DNA of 64,000 nucleotides from Macrostomum hystrix. Taxonomy: Eukaryota > Animalia > Platyhelminthes. The stretch's first letter is position 1; every line of letters starts with the position of its first letter. The position numbers were made by a program, and so were the translations under genes. The notes beneath the pieces are model-generated. The model was given only the letters and a program-made list of their open reading frames with translations, searched no databases and was not told the origin of the DNA. Shown piece after piece: positions 62,101 through 64,000 of this stretch. The stretch lies in the NCBI GenBank assembly GCA_950097015.1, contig CATNEN010000007.1, positions 248,001 to 312,000 of the forward strand, in the 5' to 3' direction.

Positions 62101-64000
62101 AAGAGTCTCCATCAAGCTTTCGATATCGATGGAATCTTCACAAGACAGGAAAGTAGCTATAATGGAATATATACTACACCGCTTTTCCAGAGACTTGCAG
62201 CTTTCCATAAGTTCCCCGAAAAATGGAACCAGATCTTTTGACTCGCTCCTTAACTTATTCCAAAGAATGGCAATGAAGCCTACAGGCAAGATGCCATCAA
62301 ATATCTTCTTCACCACTTCCTCCAACAGGTTTTCGTTTAGTTTCGCACCACTCAAAACTGAGTGATAAAAACTTATTTCCGCTGAAATCAATCTGTCACC
62401 ATACTCATTATCGTTGCTTAATGAGCTAGCAAGGGCTCTCCACTGCAGAAGCTGTACTGAGACATCTGGTGAGGTAAGAAGACCGCGGTCCTTCAATTTC
62501 GAAAAAACTACTGACATTTCAACATCGGCGTCGTGATCCGTAAAGAAGTCACAGAATTTTAGCATTCCTTCTAATTCTGCGACACAGTCCAGGCCTTCGC
62601 TTCGTGCTCTAAGCATGCCAAGGAAGCTACCTGTCACTCTGCGCCATTCGTTGAACTCGCATATATTCAAGTTTCGCAAATTATCTTCAGTCGGAAGCAG
62701 CAAACTGAGCAGGTTATTTAAAGTAACTGAAAACTCAACTCCATCAACAAAGCTTTCTTTGACAACTTCATCAGCCGCGCGATCAGCAAACGAATGCAAA
62801 TGATGATGCACATTGAGTAAGTCAACGAGATCCTTTTCGCTCTTTCTGAAGTATGAAAGCACACCGAAAACAGCCTCCATCAGTTGAGAACTCTGATCAA
62901 TTTGCTTTTGAAGCACAATTCGTAAGCTTTCATGACGATCGCGTCCACAGAACGCAGTTGTGATTAATCTCCAAAAATCAGAACCTAGCCGACTGTCTGA
63001 AGACGTCAACTCAGATTCGTCCAGAAATTGTCGCAGTAGAGTCTCGATCTCCGTTACAAATGTGTTTCTGTCATCTACATGGCGGCAAAAAGTATCGTAT
63101 GTGATACCAAACAGGAAGGTGCTGAATGGGTACGCCAAATTTCGAAGACCTCTTACACGAGAGAAACGGTCTGATGAAGCTTTCTGTAGCACATAACCTA
63201 GAATAGCTGGAAGAGCCTTAATGATTGTTTGACTGCTGTCCGAGTTGTCCGTGAATATACAGAAGTCGCCCATTACTTTCAAAATCTTGATTAGATTCTC
63301 TTTGTAACTCACAGTCAAGCCATGCACGACAAATGATGAAAAAGACGAAAAATTGGCGAGTTGAGTTGTCTCAAGAGCCAGCTTTACAAGCCAATGGTCT
63401 GATGTGAATGGTTGCAGGTTTTTTGAACTTTTGGCTAAAATTTCAGTCACGATGAAGCCACGAATCTGCTCTTCAAGGACAGCGTGCCGTCCGAAAAAAT
63501 GGATAGCTTGATTCATAAGTTCAGGACTACGAATAGCCTCGGCTAAGGCGCTTGTAATCACACTTTTGTGCAGTCTCTCCATCAACTCGCTGTTTTCATA
63601 AATCGGGCTTAGACAATCGCTAGACACTAGATCATTTAGATTGACACCCGACTCTGGGTTTAATGACTCCACAAAAAAAACATCCCAGTCCATTAAAGGA
63701 CTCCAGTTCCACGAATGGTTTTGAACATCAAGATCCTCATTCTGACGATGAATTATGAGTACAACACTTTTACGAACTGATATCTCTTCGCTGTACCTTT
63801 GGCACAATCCGTCGATTAGACAACGCACATGCAGTATGTAGCGCTCGTCAATTGATGGCTTGATGCGAATTAACAAAATACCATTAGATGCACGTTCCTT
63901 GAAAAAAGGAACTATACAATCGAGAAGGTCGATCTCCCTACTGAAATCCATTAGCCGAATTTCTTTTACTGAGAATGATTCCTCAAGACCTGGCAACGGC
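59176..64000 (-). CDS. RNF213-like protein, E3 module and C-terminal domain (terminal exon, 5' outside window)
   Basis: Uninterrupted 1606-codon frame open to the window edge. KSVVLIIH...DWDVFFVESL resembles the RNF213 post-AAA segment; VCSC...CQFC is RZ-finger-like; HLILRFSDKLVRMQHASKLVLWHQMV...IDDFL...VAWRALR resembles the RNF213 C-terminal region. Confidence 0.7.
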   Translation of the reverse strand, partial: PLPGLEESFSVKEIRLMDFSREIDLLDCIVPFFKERASNGILLIRIKPSIDERYILHVRCLIDGLCQRYSEEISVRKSVVLIIHRQNEDLDVQNHSWNWSPLMDWDVFFVESLNPESGVNLNDLVSSDCLSPIYENSELMERLHKSVITSALAEAIRSPELMNQAIHFFGRHAVLEEQIRGFIVTEILAKSSKNLQPFTSDHWLVKLALETTQLANFSSFSSFVVHGLTVSYKENLIKILKVMGDFCIFTDNSDSSQTIIKALPAILGYVLQKASSDRFSRVRGLRNLAYPFSTFLFGITYDTFCRHVDDRNTFVTEIETLLRQFLDESELTSSDSRLGSDFWRLITTAFCGRDRHESLRIVLQKQIDQSSQLMEAVFGVLSYFRKSEKDLVDLLNVHHHLHSFADRAADEVVKESFVDGVEFSVTLNNLLSLLLPTEDNLRNLNICEFNEWRRVTGSFLGMLRARSEGLDCVAELEGMLKFCDFFTDHDADVEMSVVFSKLKDRGLLTSPDVSVQLLQWRALASSLSNDNEYGDRLISAEISFYHSVLSGAKLNENLLEEVVKKIFDGILPVGFIAILWNKLRSESKDLVPFFGELMESCKSLEKRCSIYSIIATFLSCEDSIDIESLMETLENIRSLLNKSLAIGLSEMVDVSDILAYFDASVKTSTVSHNDLLCFGEHRDDMLAKVNKLIQTNVVHPLWLSFLRFLRRRYSLAEIETFLKFDRVTSVVSSLFREDFLKLGRGSDFIAAYSLRYPFAVCQDPAVFKQALFAYQQAMIIKDFNEFGKLKQQLKSLVGDDAAFRSFQSDCISAYVEMVVLRKSISNFKVQEKQVTREVLSLADIVPASTCSSAIIRLICGEKESIFNCFNLTAQCNIEGVCLATLYYAGLFVCLSTDLQAGGLLQTLSNIQISDGREISKIVFSRRKDSQQIAIQVRVCSCYNVTICSENVDDPNASYPCQFCHSDWTQDLSSKMVEFSEEFLTEAVPLVSEFICVLMKAVLIDIKRLNSTTAAHYDLKIDEKFRVLQCTLHLSCEETTWLLHSILENKDELFFCKQQSDSSDPYENLAFFVGKHVLKSMQSIREFKRRRLSERGVVENFALACLVDNVDLSDDQLPNELVPSNRTKEDVKAIATNPLFFPKRLVSFSDACMLFDCHLAEGERHSMMHLILRFSDKLVRMQHASKLVLWHQMVLRKSENSLTQEELEAMRIDDFLRRFRGSDILDSASVAWRALRPTGVSGADNPFDRTRSLLNSLLTERAEVTKALRESVAGVNEFLEHVAVLCIEEKRLPELLFDDNSCVLPLCDVVSRPDSVPSCSMEELDELVRVLASCPGGGDPSVHWELLEATLAKRLLAGKGFGCVEPWEGRLTGATERDLGTLVSVFKQMCQCERLSEAELAAFQRRQKEDSTRAARISSLCRTLLGFCHRLGVPDGGCTVADFLRQHAGSLAGGAALAEAEAEGAGGLALSKVPALLEASEQEQFSVVCTDLQRRFGGHEETAERLTNSVPEGDKPTLLAMLKSACVRLLMADSAQCGLTMADLLGDASLLPVGASPIRVRSDPVLDKPAVELLFPLTHCLYKSVSLKDPFLPSGLISVFASRRSFKV

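Noticed and set aside
59183-63196. Many short antisense or alternate-frame ORFs over the large exons (also 23854-36988)
   Set aside because: Shadows of the long coding frames with no independent evidence.

Overview
Animal genomic DNA with GT-AG introns, AT-rich spacers and many minisatellites; the style fits a free-living flatworm such as Macrostomum (inference, not proven). I reconstructed genes by hand from splice sites and checked intron phases. They are: a 4-exon MUL1/GIDE-type membrane protein whose RING is replaced by a PPxY tail (9640-11604,+); a 2-exon Speedy/RINGO CDK activator (13969-16426,+); and an 11-exon, about 3,540-codon chain (21846-37385,+) consisting of a TRADD-N-like exon followed by three in-frame tandem copies of a 3-exon module resembling the RNF213 stalk, which stops just before the expected AAA+ core. 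Further right are two tandem 5-exon RING-ubiquitin-like-TerD genes plus remnants (39519-43019 and 46700-49698,-), a 3-exon type II membrane TNF-like ligand (52035-53160,+), and a convergent RNF213-like E3/C-terminal exon with a degenerate RZ finger (59176 to the window end,-). Mobile DNA includes five tRNA-derived SINE copies (four with TSDs), hAT-type MITEs, a Tc1-like deletion derivative, an internally deleted Helitron and a P-like element with perfect 21-bp TIRs. About 14 tandem arrays generate most of the long spurious ORFs. The best candidate for an undescribed system is the cluster of RING-UBL-TerD, modular RNF213-like, GIDE and TNF-like genes, which looks like a fast-evolving ubiquitin-based innate immune locus. 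All domain calls come from motif recognition, not database searches.
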